From the NCBI GenBank assembly GCA_001179505.1, contig CDMY01000481.1, positions 4,253 through 68,252 on the forward strand: 64,000 bases of DNA, given 5' to 3'. Positions 23,710 to 36,363 of this stretch are shown piece by piece; within the stretch, counting starts at the first letter, position 1; the number at the start of each line of letters is the position of its first letter. The notes under the pieces are model-generated. The model searched no databases. It had not been told where the DNA came from and saw only the letters and a program-made list of their open reading frames with translations. The position numbers and the translations under genes are program-made. The stretch comes from Vitrella brassicaformis CCMP3155. Its lineage: Eukaryota; Protista; Chromerida.

Positions 23710-26700
23710 ATGATGAGTGTCGTTCCGCATCCGATCATGATTCTTCCGCCCGTCGTCCTTATTGCCCTCTGCTCGTCGCTCGTGGCGTCTTCGCCCCTCT
23801 GGCGAATCCTCCAGCCCACCAATGAGACGGATCCATCGCCTCCCCTCCCTCCGGGCTGGCGTGACTCCAGGCGGCTGAGGCTCCTGCAACGCTCTCGCGT
23901 CTTCCGTTCCGCCGATGTGGTGTCCCCGGACACCGATGAAATGCTGTACGGTGACAACATCCTCCCCTATACCGAGATGGAGGAGCTCGTGCGGTGTGAT
24001 GCTTGTCAGGAGGATGCGGCGGCTCTGTTCGATTGGTCTTATGAGGCTGGTTTGGTGGACAACGAGACAAAGTCCGTCTTTGAGGACAACCTATGCGTCG
24101 TGTCCTTCATCACGTGTGTGCGGCTGAGTGAGGCGCTGGCGGACGGCGGACCGCGGGAGGGCTACATCATCACTCTGACAGGGTGGCCCGAGGATATGGA
24201 GATATCGGATGTGCCGCTGATCCTGCAGCAGCGAGGCTGGAAACCTTTCGTCTTTTCGGATGTGTTCTATAGGCTCCGTCACGTGATTTGCTTCTCAGCC
24301 TATCAGCTGCCTATGCAGGGAAGCTTGGGCGATGAGATCGCCAAAGTGACCTCTCTTCGTGCCATCTTCCTGGCAAAAATGGTGGGTTGCATTCAATGCA
24401 CACATTCATTCACACACATGCTCGTGCGTATGCCTTTTTGCAGGACGGTATGAAGGGGCCCCTTCCAGCTACAATTGGCGAGCTGCCTTATCTGAAGGGG
24501 CTGTACCTCTGGAGCATGAATTCAACAACCGGCCCCATCCCGCCCTCCCTCATCAACCTCTCTCGCCTCGAGGCTCTCACTCTCACGAACACAGACCTCT
24601 CAGGGCCCATCCCTGAACACATCGGCAGACTTCGGCGCCTTCGCGTTCTGGAGATTTGGGGAAACAATCGGATGGAGGGGCCCTTCCCGGCCAGTGTGAC
24701 ATCTTGCCGCAACCTGACCCGAATAAGGCTCGAGAGCATCGGACTCACTGGCCCTCTACCTGGCGATCTGGGTACCCTGTCCCGCTTGGATGATTTGTGG
24801 CTGGCGAACAATTCGCTGAGTGGGGAGCTGCCCCGGTCACTGGTGCAGCTGAGACGGTTGCGAGCACTCGATCTGTCCAACAACAGTTTCAGTGGCCCGT
24901 TGCCGGACGGGCTGGGGAGCAAAATGAGCAGCCTATAAATTCTAGATATGTCGCTCAACAATGTAAGAGACTGTTGCGCGGGTACATACAGACACACGGA
25001 CATCAATGACTGAATCCATACATATAATCTCCCTCTCCATGGATGTCTGTCTGTGTAGTTGTCGGGTCCTCTGCCGATTGAGTTGGGTGGCTGGAAGTCC
25101 ATGGACTTCCTTGGTCTGGGAAATAACAAGTTTACCGGCCCCATACCAGCAGAGCTGGGACAACTGTCTAAGCTACGAGGACTGTACCTCGGGAACAACA
25201 GGGTAGATACCGACGCACACTCATACCGACAGACGGACATCAACGACTGAATCCATGCATATGATCTCCCTCTCCATGTCTGTCTAGTTGTCGGGTCCCG
25301 TGCCGATTGAGTTGGGTGGCTGGAAGTCCATGGAGTATCTTGATCTGACAAATAGCAACTTCAGCGGCTCCCTAGAGCCGCTACGTCACCTCACGTTGAT
25401 GAAGCATCTATTTTTGCGAAACAACAACTTCAGCGGCTCCCTCGAGCCGCTCAGCAACCTGACGACGCCGCTTATAGACCTGGACGTGTCCAACAACTCG
25501 GTGAGCTAAAGGGGGGGAAGGCGATGGGATCGGCAAATCTGTGTGTGAGTGTGCATGTGTGTGCTGTGCTTTCGTGTCATGTCAGTTTGAGGGTTACCTG
25601 CCCCTCGGTTCCCACAGTTTCTCGAATCTCACCATCATCGCAGCAGCCAACAATCGGTGCACACACAACACCCACGCAAACACTTTTCATATATGCTGCA
25701 TCGGTCGTCAGACTGACTGCCATGTTGGACCGCCCCTCTGATGGCCCGGCGTACCCGAACGTTCGTTATCTGTACCTCGACTCCAATCGTCTCAACACGT
25801 CCATCGACCTGACGTTGTTCCCCAACCTCGAGCAGGCCGACTTCGGGAACAACCGCATCCCGGGTTTCATCGGCAACGGATCCATGCCCAAATCGTAAGC
25901 GACATATAGAGAGATGAGGACATAGCGACACAGGTGTTTGCCTGTCAGGTTGATTTGGTTGAGTTTGGCGGACAACCTGCTGACTGCCCTGCCCGAGGGC
26001 TTCCGCTCCATGCCGAATCTACTGTCGCTGAATCTCGCCAACAATCGCATCAGCCAGTGGCCCACATGGGGGTCGACACCGCCAGGCTTATGCAGCTGGG
26101 GGGAACTCAGTAAGCTCCTGACATCATACCCAGGCGGGCAAGTGGTCGTTTTCTCTGTGTGACGATACGGTAGGCTCGCATATTGTGAAGGATCATGACC
26201 CCCCCCCCGACTGGGGCAGCCTAATCTACTTCCACGTCTCCAACAATCCCATCAACACAGACGTGACCGCATTCCTAATGCCCCTCAAATGGCAGAAAAG
26301 GTAAGAAAATACACACACGCATGAACACACATACATGACATGGAATGTAACTGTCTGATCTCTTCGTGTGTGGTAGTTTGATGGAGCTGGATGCATCGAA
26401 CTGCAGCCTTTACGGCCCCATGAGTTGCGAGGCCTTTACCGCATTCGACTTTATGGACCGACACTCATTGGTAACCACACACACGCATCACACGCACACA
26501 CACACATGCAGAGGATTCTATCTGTGTGCGTGTGTGGTGTGTGCAGGTGACACCTTCAATCTGGTCGTTTCCTAGCTTGGTTTTTTGTCTCTGAGGGACA
26601 ATCGCATCACGGCCATCGACACGGGCGACGTGCAGCTGGAACTGTACCACGTCGACTTTTCCAACAACTCGCTTGTGAGCGTGGCGAGCGGCGACTGGAG

Positions 26701-29647
26701 TTTCTTCGACGTCCTGCATGCAAGGTTCACGGAGAACCCAGACTTGAGGCACGACTCGGTAGACCCCATGCCGATTGAGGTGAGAAAAAGGCGGGTTGTG
26801 TGCGCTGGAGGGGGTGGCGATGTATCATCCTCTGTGTGTGTGTGTGTTTGTATGTCTATCAGAAGTGTCAGGATTTGCGTCAGAACTTCAACGAGATGAG
26901 CATACCGAGACCACTGGTGCCCGATCCACAGGGTGGGTAACACAGCACAGCACACGCAGACATCCACTGCCATCGTGATGACGCCTATGCATGCTTGATG
27001 CAGGATATTCGGTGCGTACGTTGGACAACGGCGAGGAGCGTTTCGAGTGCACCGAGTTCTGCTCCCTCTTCAGCAGACTTGAGGTCAGGTGACATAGAGT
27101 CAAATACACAGCACGAGTACACGTGCTCACTGTACTCGCTGTGCTTGCTACCGTGCGCTGCTCACACAGGTCGACTATACCTTCAACTCGGATGCCCTGT
27201 GTCGGTGCCTTTCCGGCTACGAGGGCATCGGCACCAACTGCACCAAGTGCCCGCCTAACACACACAGCAACAGACAAATCGGCACACGAACATGCGAACA
27301 ATGTCCCGATGATGCAGGTCACCAGTGAAGCGACCACAACGCGAGACAGCCCTTCTCAGTATATACGTGTGTGTCTGCAGGTTCTGACGAGGGCTCAGCT
27401 GCATGCTATTGCCGTCTTGGCCACCAGCGTGGCGATGACCCGTGCGAGCTGTGTACAGAGGGGTCTGTTGGCGTGCAGAAGCGCGGTAACAACGGCAGCC
27501 GCGCCACGTTGACCTGCCGGGACTGTCTGCCGGGATTGGACTGCTCCATTCCCGTCAACTACAATGCGAATGTGCTGCCGGGCTTCTTCCAACTTACTGT
27601 CCAGCTGCAATCTGAGAATTCATCTCACAACGCCACACGAGAAGTGACGACGTAAGAACGAAAGGCAAGAAAGGCGAGTGCTGAGCAGGCAAGTGAGTGG
27701 GATTTTGGTGTCTCTTAGATATGGCGCTAGATTGACTCTGTTGCCGATAGTGGTACCGTGTCCATTGCGGTCGGCCTGCTTAGGCACCAACAAGACGAAT
27801 GGACTCAACATATGCTCGGTAAGAGCCAATTGCATCATTGTGACAGCCGCCATCTTTATATTCTTGCCTTGTCTGCGTGTCAGGAAGGGCATGAGGGATT
27901 CGTGTGCAACCGGTGCAAGGCGAGTTTCTCGCGGCAGACGCCCCCTTGGCCCTGCAAACCATGTGCCGCACTGTGGCGGATTCTCCTGGTCAATGTGATT
28001 TTCGTTGTCGCAACTCTGATTGCCGTCTTCGTCCTCACAGCACTCGCGGAAAGGTTAGCACTCATGTATGTGTCTATCGCACAAACGCGTCCATTCGCAT
28101 CTGTGCCTGTGTTGTGTGTTCAGGGCTGCTTCCTCCCCCCGTGCTGAAGTGCCGTCGCAATTAATAAAAATTGGGCTCTACCACATCACAGCCGTACGTG
28201 AAGGAATGGACAGGCACATGCGCTCACCTTTCATCACAACCTCTTTGCTGTGACGGTGTGTGTGCAGGTGTGTGGTCTGGCCTTTGTCGTGTTCGACGAC
28301 TCCCCCTGGGGCGACCCAGATATCGTCGCTGATTGGGTCGTTCTTTGCGTGGGACGGCGGGGTGCCTGAGTCGTATCAGGTGTGGGAGTGTCTGCTGAGG
28401 CGCTATGTGGGCGAGAGATGCGTGCTCTATCGACATGCTTTGTGGCTGGGGCTGCCGCTCGTCTGGCTTACCGTTGTGCCACTCATTGGTGAGGACACAC
28501 AGTCTGGAAGGAGGTGCTTTGTGGTCATTTTGCCCCGGTTCATGACTGCAGCAAGTGCGTTTGACACAGTGCGTGGTGCATTTAAGTTGAGACGGCGCAG
28601 GAGCAGCGACCGTTCGACCTCATGTGCCACTGACACCTATCTGCGAGCCCCCTCAGCGCCCCCAGCCTTGAGCAGTAGCAGGGCAGAGCAGCCTAGCGCA
28701 CATGACCCTCACCAGCGACCGGTCAGCTTCCAGAATTCACAAACGGAATCGATGGCATCGCCGTCATGTCAACACACCTCAGCAGAGCACCGCAAGTGGT
28801 GTAGATGGCGGCATTGGCTTGGCAACAGGAGCAGTATGATGGTCGTCATCATCTTGTTCATATATCCCACGGTGATTAGGAGCATGCTGGCCCTACTGCG
28901 CTGCCGGCCCTACAGGGGCCCTATGTGGACCCTGTCATCCCTGTCCCGCCAGGCGAGAGCGTCGGTCTGCTCCCCAGCGACCCGGCGGATAACCCGCGGC
29001 CGAGAATGGACCTCGACTCGAAAGTCATTTGCTGGTCTGCCGAGCATGCGCCCTTCATGTGGATAGCCGCGGCTGGTCTGCTCGTGTGGACGTTTGGCGC
29101 AGTCGTGTGTGGCGTGGTCTATTTGTGGTGGCACAGAGATGGCCTGCAGGAGCAGCAAACGCGCAGACGGGTGGGCTTCCTCTATGTGGGCTATCGAAAG
29201 CCGTTCTTCTACTAGGATGCCGTGCTGGCCATGAGGCGTGTATTGGTGCTGCTGATTGCACAGCAGGCGACAGCGCAGCCCCGCCAACAGCTGCTTAGCT
29301 GGACGGCGGTCGCCTGTGTGTGCCTGGCGCTGCAATTCGCCGTGTGGCCGTTCGACCGCGCCAATATGGACATTCTGAATCGCACGGAGCTTCGGGGGTT
29401 GCTGGTGTGGCTGATGTCGTTATTTGCTATCCATTTTCTAGTCGTGTTGGCGGACGGGGGCTCTTCCATCCTGACGATCGTGTTGGTTCTGGTGGTGATT
29501 ACTGCCAATCTGGCGCATTACGTCACAGCTGTGGCAGAGGTATGTCGCTTTCGGCTGCTGCAGATGAGTTACAGATGCACGGCCGTCTCCGACCGCATGC
29601 AATCTCATCCCAAAAACAACTCAAATCGTCACTCCCGCCGCTTTTGA
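23710..29647 (+). pseudogene. LRR / Cys-rich / multi-TM receptor-like gene, copy 2
   Basis: Collinear paralog of copy 1; homology starts at ~23525 versus ~8280. Exons 23710-24381, 24444-24962, 25059-25202, 25288-25500 and onward. Lesions: TAA 24936-24938, 1-nt frameshift in a T-run at ~26581, frameshift at ~28918, TAG 29213-29215. Lacks the long tail of copy 1. Confidence 0.88.
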
Positions 29648-30649
29648 TGTCTCACACTGAGAGGACGACGGTATAGATGCCCTCTGTGCCAAAACGAGGC
29701 GATGAACGAATGTTTCCTTGGCGAAAGAGACACATTTAATGATCATGTATGTGTCATATAGGCGGGTCAAACGCTTCAGTGAATCAGCTGTGTACCGGCT
29801 CGCTTAAGCGAAAATTACTGTTCTTGGTGTGTACAATGAATGTCTGTGTGCGCACGCCTGCGCAAGCCTATAGTTGGTTGGCGTGTGCAAAGAAAACCTC
29901 AGGTGCAGGAAGAAGGCAATCCGCAATACACACATCCAGGCATGCAGAACCAAATAGCGATGGCCAAGGCTGAGAGACAGACTTAAGGATAGACTGACGA
30001 CTTCCATACAGACGCTTCCGAATACAGAAGAGGCCCCAAGCGAGACGAAAGCATAAGCTCAAAACAGCCAAACTCCAAGGGCGGCAAGCCCATAACTTTT
30101 TTGGTACACAGGGACGAACGATAGGGGGAGCACGATACAGCTGCATTTTCCTTCTCGAGATCTAGAGGTGCAGCGATGGGAGGTGGCAAGGCACAAAGTC
30201 AGCCTAAGTTCGTAGGGTGCAGGCCCAGGACCCAATGGCACAGAGGGATGAATGCTTGAGAGTGTAATACGACTCTACCTTCTTTCAGGGGAGCGGAGAA
30301 GGGGAGCGGGGGGGGTTGTGGAGAAGAGGTGTAATGAATGAATGAATGAACGAGGTCTCGGGATGACCCTATAGCCCTCTGGCGTAGTATTCATGGTCAT
30401 ACACATTTACACATAGAAGTATGCCATATTCATCATCCCTTGCTGAATACTCCAGCGCACATGTTGTCCTTACTCAATGCAAACACTTTCATAGGACTGC
30501 ACCGGGACCATTTCTCGGATTTGCTGAGCCCGCAATTGTAAGGAAAGCGAGGATTCGGGTCGTCTGGAGGTCGAATTACGATCGCTCAAAGACTCAAACT
30601 TAGGGCGTGACGAGAAACCGCCGTGAGCGCTCAGACACAGATGGCATGA

Positions 30650-31590
30650 CATGTGTATGTGTTTCTTTTTTGGTTGGTCATGCGGCTATGCAGGTCAGTT
30701 GAAGGAGGAGTTTGTGCACGAGCATCGCGAGAACTCGGCCTCCTTCAACATGGGCGGCGGCTACACCAACCGATTCTACACGGCCAAGCTGCAGGGAGCC
30801 ACCATGGGCGGGGCCTTCCACAATGTGCGGGCCAACGGTTGCGCCAAGCGGTTCCTGCGCTGCTTCCGGCGGGGCTTCAGACATGACGGCAGCCATGAGA
30901 ACACTGACCTGGGCATCGCCGAGCTGCCTGCCATGCTGGAGTTCACATACGGGCGTGACAACGGGTTTGATTTCTATTACATGGACAAGCACAAGCTGCA
31001 CCGACTCGACAACTACAGTGAGTGACCGGTAGTGATGATCGCTTGAGGGCTCTTGTATGTTGTATTGTGTGAATCGATGCATGGATGCAGATGCGTTTCA
31101 CACGGTGTCCAACCACACGCGAGGTTCCTCTGGCAGAGGACGCAGCACGGTGCAGTTCCCAATCGAGGACATGGCCCCTGAACTGGTCAGTCAGCCAAAC
31201 ACGAAACACACACGCAGCAATGCATGGATGTCTCTCTGTGTGTGTGTGTGTGTGTGTGTGCAGGATGACCATCTTGTGCCGACAGCCGATGAGGTTGCTC
31301 AGGTCAAGGAGCGGCTGCGCCGAGTGTCGCCCAAGAGCGCTGAGATCTTTGAGAGCTTTGGGGGCGATTACGACGCGATGACCAGGATGCCCATCGATGA
31401 GGCCTGCAAATATCATGACAACAGCCGATGAATACCTCAACAGGTACGACACACCGATCAGCCACACGCACGCACGGGAATTTATCTCGTGTGTGTGTGT
31501 GTGTGTGTGTGTGTAGGGTGCCGATGGAGTGGTTGACGCCCGACGGCAGCATCCAGGCCAGCCGCCTGACGACGGCACCAGCCAAGTTCT
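30650..31590 (+). CDS. Multi-exon hypothetical protein (possibly degenerate)
   Basis: Exon-like blocks LKEEFVHEHRENSASFNMGGGYTNRFYTAK..DNY, DDHLVPTADEVAQVKERLRRVSPK and VPMEWLTPDGSIQASRLTTAPAKF* bounded by AG/GT. Family not recognised. Confidence 0.5.
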
Positions 31591-31649
31591 AGCCATACAT
31601 ACACATCTACAGACATACACAAAGATGCATGTGTTGGATGTCAGGCGTG

Positions 31650-33640
31650 AGAATGCGAGCCTTTTTTCATCCTCCGCACGCACTGTTGGAGTTTCTGACA
31701 CTCCTTTCTTCGATGTTCGATAGACACAGCTGTCAGTAAGGCGGTTCCATCAGAACAGGCCATGTGGTCAATCGGTGTGTCGTCACGTGTGTATCAGCTA
31801 GGGCAGTGTGAGAGAGCAGACGTTTTCGCCTGCTGCCTTTCTCTCCGTGTGTTGTGGTCGAGACATACATGACATGTCATGTCATGTTACGTGAGGCTGG
31901 CTTTCTTCCATTACAAGCAGGTGCGTGTAGTGCAGGGCGGGGGCAGAGAGTGCTTCTTCACACCCTTGTTCCGTGTGAATGTTGTCGCGTGTCAGTGCGT
32001 GCGACACACATGCACATCTGCCAGCCAGAGGACACATACAAGGACGCATGCATGAATGCATATTGACCTGCGTGCATTTATCGGATTGATGAAAGTCATC
32101 CATCAGCAGAGAGCACGCTCAGCTGCTCATAAAAGACGACCATTCAGGCACAAATGCCTCGAGACTAGACGCTCCGCCTTCCCTGTGAACAGACACTCAC
32201 ACAGGGCTTCCCCAGCCAGATACCTATCTGGTAGGCAGACCGTCACCATGAAGGAAAGGCAGCAAGACAAGGCCGAGCTACTTCGTGCAGCACCAGCCTG
32301 CCATGGCTCCCGCCATACACACACAGACCAGCACACCGCCAGCACCAATCCAACAGACAGACAGGCGCGCACATCCCCTATCCGCCCGCCCCTAGGTCGT
32401 CAACAACTGCTGCGTGCTTGTCTCCTCGTTCTCTTATTGGCATTTCAGGCTCTCTGAGCTGGCTATCGTCCGATACTCTCAAGAGGCTCATACGGCAGGA
32501 AGGTCCTGCTCGCGATTGGAGTAGAGCGTCCACGGCAAACTTTTGCATTTTCCAAGCATCGGAAAATGGAACGTATATCTCACCACTCATGTGAAGGGAG
32601 GGATCCACCTCCAACTGAACGAAGGTGCACAGCAGGGATAGCATGAGACCAACATCTGTTCGCCAACGTACGTACCTCTGTGATTGATGCATATGTGACG
32701 CCCCATCGCGGGAACTGCACGCCAGGCACGAGGCAACGTGTTAGGTTACACACATTGCAGTTGTGGGCCACGAGCAGCACTGTGTCATCCGGGTGGGCAG
32801 CTAGGATGGCCCTCATCACCTACAGGCAAAGAATGGATACAATCGGAGACCACACAGATATACGTCTGCTCGCTCTCTCGTGCATGCCCACCTTCTGGCA
32901 CCGCTCGTAGAAGGCTTCATCCTGAACATATATACGACGTTATGCGCAAATACGAATGATTGCACATCATCACTACCCGTGGCTGCACTGCTGACCCACC
33001 TTACCGTTTCTGGGAATGCGGGGACGCCCGTCTTGGCTTTCTGCTGAGGATCGATAAGCGGCAGGGTCTTGATAAGCTGCGATGGTGCCAACATCTTGGG
33101 CATGGGATCACCGCCACACCGCTCAGCAGCTGACCTGAAAACGTTTGATGCAATGCAAACAGACGGGTCGGAATACAGGCCATGATTGACGTGTCGTTCC
33201 CACCGTTCTGTTCTCTACGTACCTTTGTGCGAGTCCCGGTTCGATGCAGACGCGCGCTGTGCCGCCCAGAGCTGTGGCCGCGCTGTGCGCAGTGCACACG
33301 CAACGGATGTAGGGAGAGCTGTAGATCACAGAGATACCTGCAGCAATATATGAGAAAAGCAAGAATGCCTGCTTCATGCCTGTATATGCATACACACACG
33401 TCTTCCTTACCCTTCCCCCGCAGCGCCATTCCCATTTCGTAGGCCTACACCAAGCACACACACAGACAGGGAGAGCGACGTTGCCCTGAGAGCCATCCGC
33501 CTCTTGTTCATTTCACGCAGTACCTGTCGGTGGCCGCGTGCAGTGAGCAAGATATCTTCGGGCACAGCTGCCGTCTTGTCCCACGTCGGCTCGACGTGGT
33601 CGATGCGCTCGCCGTGACGACAGAGGAAAAGGCGAGGCAT
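31650..33640 (-). CDS. Histidine phosphatase (phosphoglycerate mutase-like) family protein
   Basis: MPRLFLCRHGERID (RHG motif), ILLTARGHRQ, IYSSPYIRCVCTA, CIEPGL and TVLLVAH in successive exons. 3' end approximate. Confidence 0.85.
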
Positions 33641-34326
33641 GGTCCAACCCAATGCCAGGTTCAGGGGATGCACTCACATCCAGTATCCACAAACGAGCGC
33701 CAACGGCCACGATTCGGAAGCCAAGCTCGCAGGAGAAGCGCTTTTTCTTCAGTGGCAAAAAACAAGGGGGCGTTCCAGGGGCATACATGTGTCAGAAGAC
33801 CGCTTAGAGGGGAGGAAGGAGGGGGAGACGGTTCAGAATATTAATACAACGCAACCGGAGGTGTATTTCTATTTCTGCCCTCCCTTGGCAAAGGGGGGGA
33901 ACAACTCTTCAACAAATACCGCAATGGCGCGACGAGTCCGTCAAGCACGCAAAATAATAACTGGACTAAGTGTCCCTTGAATTCGATCACTGCGGACATG
34001 CCAAGTACAAGCCTCTGCTCAACAACCCACTCACTGCACCATCATTCATCCATCTTTCACATGTAAAGTGCACAATAGTGATGCCCTGACGGATGTGGCC
34101 GTCAGCGCACAGGGCGCAGAAGTCAAACGACGACGCACAAAGGGCGGGATAGTCGGCACGGTGTAGAGCAGAGCTGTCGGGTTGGTGGGTGTGGTGGTGC
34201 ACGTGACGCTCGGCAATGGTGGGTGCGGCAGTGATGCCCCGAGGGACGTGGCCATCAGCGCACGGGGCGCAGAGATCAAACGACGACCTTGGTAAAGGCC
34301 CTCCCTCCTTTATTTCTTCTACATAT

Positions 34327-35131
34327 GGCGATGCGTCGCTATACCCTCATCGCCAGCCTGCTGCTCGCTGCTTCAGGTGTGTGCAAGGATAACTGCACGC
34401 GCCATCACCGCCTTCTCTCTGTGTACATGTCTGACAGTGTTGCTGAGCAAGCCCCAGCAACAACAAGAGGGAGAAGAGCCAAAGACAGCCGCTGGTGTGC
34501 TCGAGGTCATCGACAGCATTCGAAGGCTCAGCAAGTTCGCCTCCCTTCTCCGGTCGCCTGATGAGGCGAGGCTGGCCAACGGACCCCAGCAGCAGCCAAC
34601 ACAAGACGACGGAAAGAGCAATGCAGACATCGGGCCATCTGCTGCTGCTGCTGCTGCTGCTGAGGTGACGACTGCCCCTCCGGCAGGGATGATGGTGAGA
34701 GCGATATGGAGATCATTACACAAGCCGACCAGCCGATCAGTAATGATGTGGCCTTGCCGAAGCCCAAGAAAGGGGAGGGCAGGGGCAAGACACCTAAGTA
34801 GGGCCCTGCCGCCCTCACCTGGGCTTGGAGGCCCGCCCCCCGCAGCAGCAGACAAGCCGAAGAGCACCCTTATCAGCCAGCGGACCAGGATCAGCCAGAA
34901 GAGCAGCCTACTGCTGGCCACGATGACCCAGCGCCTCCAGTGCCAACAGAAGGTGATGACATGAGTGACAGCACGCAAGGCGCTGTGACTGCGCCAAAAG
35001 GTGGCAAGGGCAAGCGGCAAGAGAGATGGCAAGAAGGCCAAAGCGCCGACCAAGCCCAGGCAAGTGGGGCCGCAAAAGAAGGACTCTGGTGGGTCAAGGA
35101 GTGGCCCGAAGCGCAAGCACGGGCCTCCTAA
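34327..35131 (+). CDS. Putative secreted low-complexity protein (possibly pseudogene)
   Basis: MAMRRYTLIASLLLAAS joined over intron ~34378-34438 to VLLSKPQQQQEGEEPK. A Q/D/E/A-rich tail continues after a frame change at ~34680 and a TAG at ~34799 that may be intronic. Confidence 0.4.
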
Positions 35132-36363
35132 GAAAGAGAGGGACACCCTAAAATGAGCTTGCTCGCCTCAATGCATGGTACTGACAGCAACACAAGAAGA
35201 CATTGTTTTCTGAGCGTCAGATGGCGGCTGTGCTGCTGTGTGTGTGGTGTGCAGGAGCGGTCAAGAGGCGCACTAACAGGGTAATAGCACATGCCGCTCG
35301 AAAGCTCGTCGACATGTGCAAGACCACGGCCACAACCTCCATGGCCTCTTGCGCACCCATGTTGAAGCACAGAGGTACCCACCCACACACACGCGCGCAG
35401 AGAAACACGTGTTCGGCCCTCCCTACTTATATGTATTTGTCTCTGGGAAGAGACAACTATTCTGCTATGGCACGCAAGACGATAGCATGCGTCATGTGGA
35501 GATGTTACACCGACTGCGACCGTGACGCCCTAGTGATTCCGTTGAGTGAGAGCGTCCTGGCTCGTCTCATCTCATAATGGTGGTCGTGCTCTGCTGCCGC
35601 CCCCTCCTCTCCCAGGACATGCGGACATGCGTCTTGGACGTTTGTACGGCCTGGTCGATGGGTCACAGCCATTGCGGCCGCCGCCGACACACACAACACA
35701 CAACATGCCGCAGACAAGACGATGATAGTGATCATGATGGAATGTGCGCCAAACACCATCGTCAGATAGAATGAAGGATTGGAGGAGCGATTTGTTTGTA
35801 CATGCATGGCGCGTTTGTACGTACATGCGTGTGTGCGATTGAAGAGAGTCCACCGATAGATATAAAAAGTAGACAGCGATACAGGCACCTGTCGACAGCT
35901 AAAGCTGAGACATAGGACACCGAGAACTTGTGTTGACCGTAACATTCGTCTCTGTGTCCGTATCACTCATGAATTCGGTCCCAGGAACACTCAGTTAGGG
36001 GGAGGAGAAATCGATCTCCACCCCATCAGCACATCCCAGCCCCCCAAACGCGCCCTCCCTCCCCCACGCAGACAGTAGCTAGTGGTACGCAAAAGAGCAA
36101 TGGACAGGCGCGAGCGAATCCATTCAGACACATAACTGAACCCCCGACCCCTCTATCCCTCTTTCTCCATCAGCGCACGGGCCATGTGGGTGATGAATAT
36201 GTTGGCTTTATATGCCCACACACCGTCACGTCACCACCAGAGGGCAGAAGGACATGCGGAGAGCAATAAGCTTTATCATCGTTGTTCCTGGGTTGTTGCT
36301 GGATGGTTGATGATTTACTTGTTGCTGTGAGGGGCGGCGGTTCTCATTCCGGGCCGCTTACTT

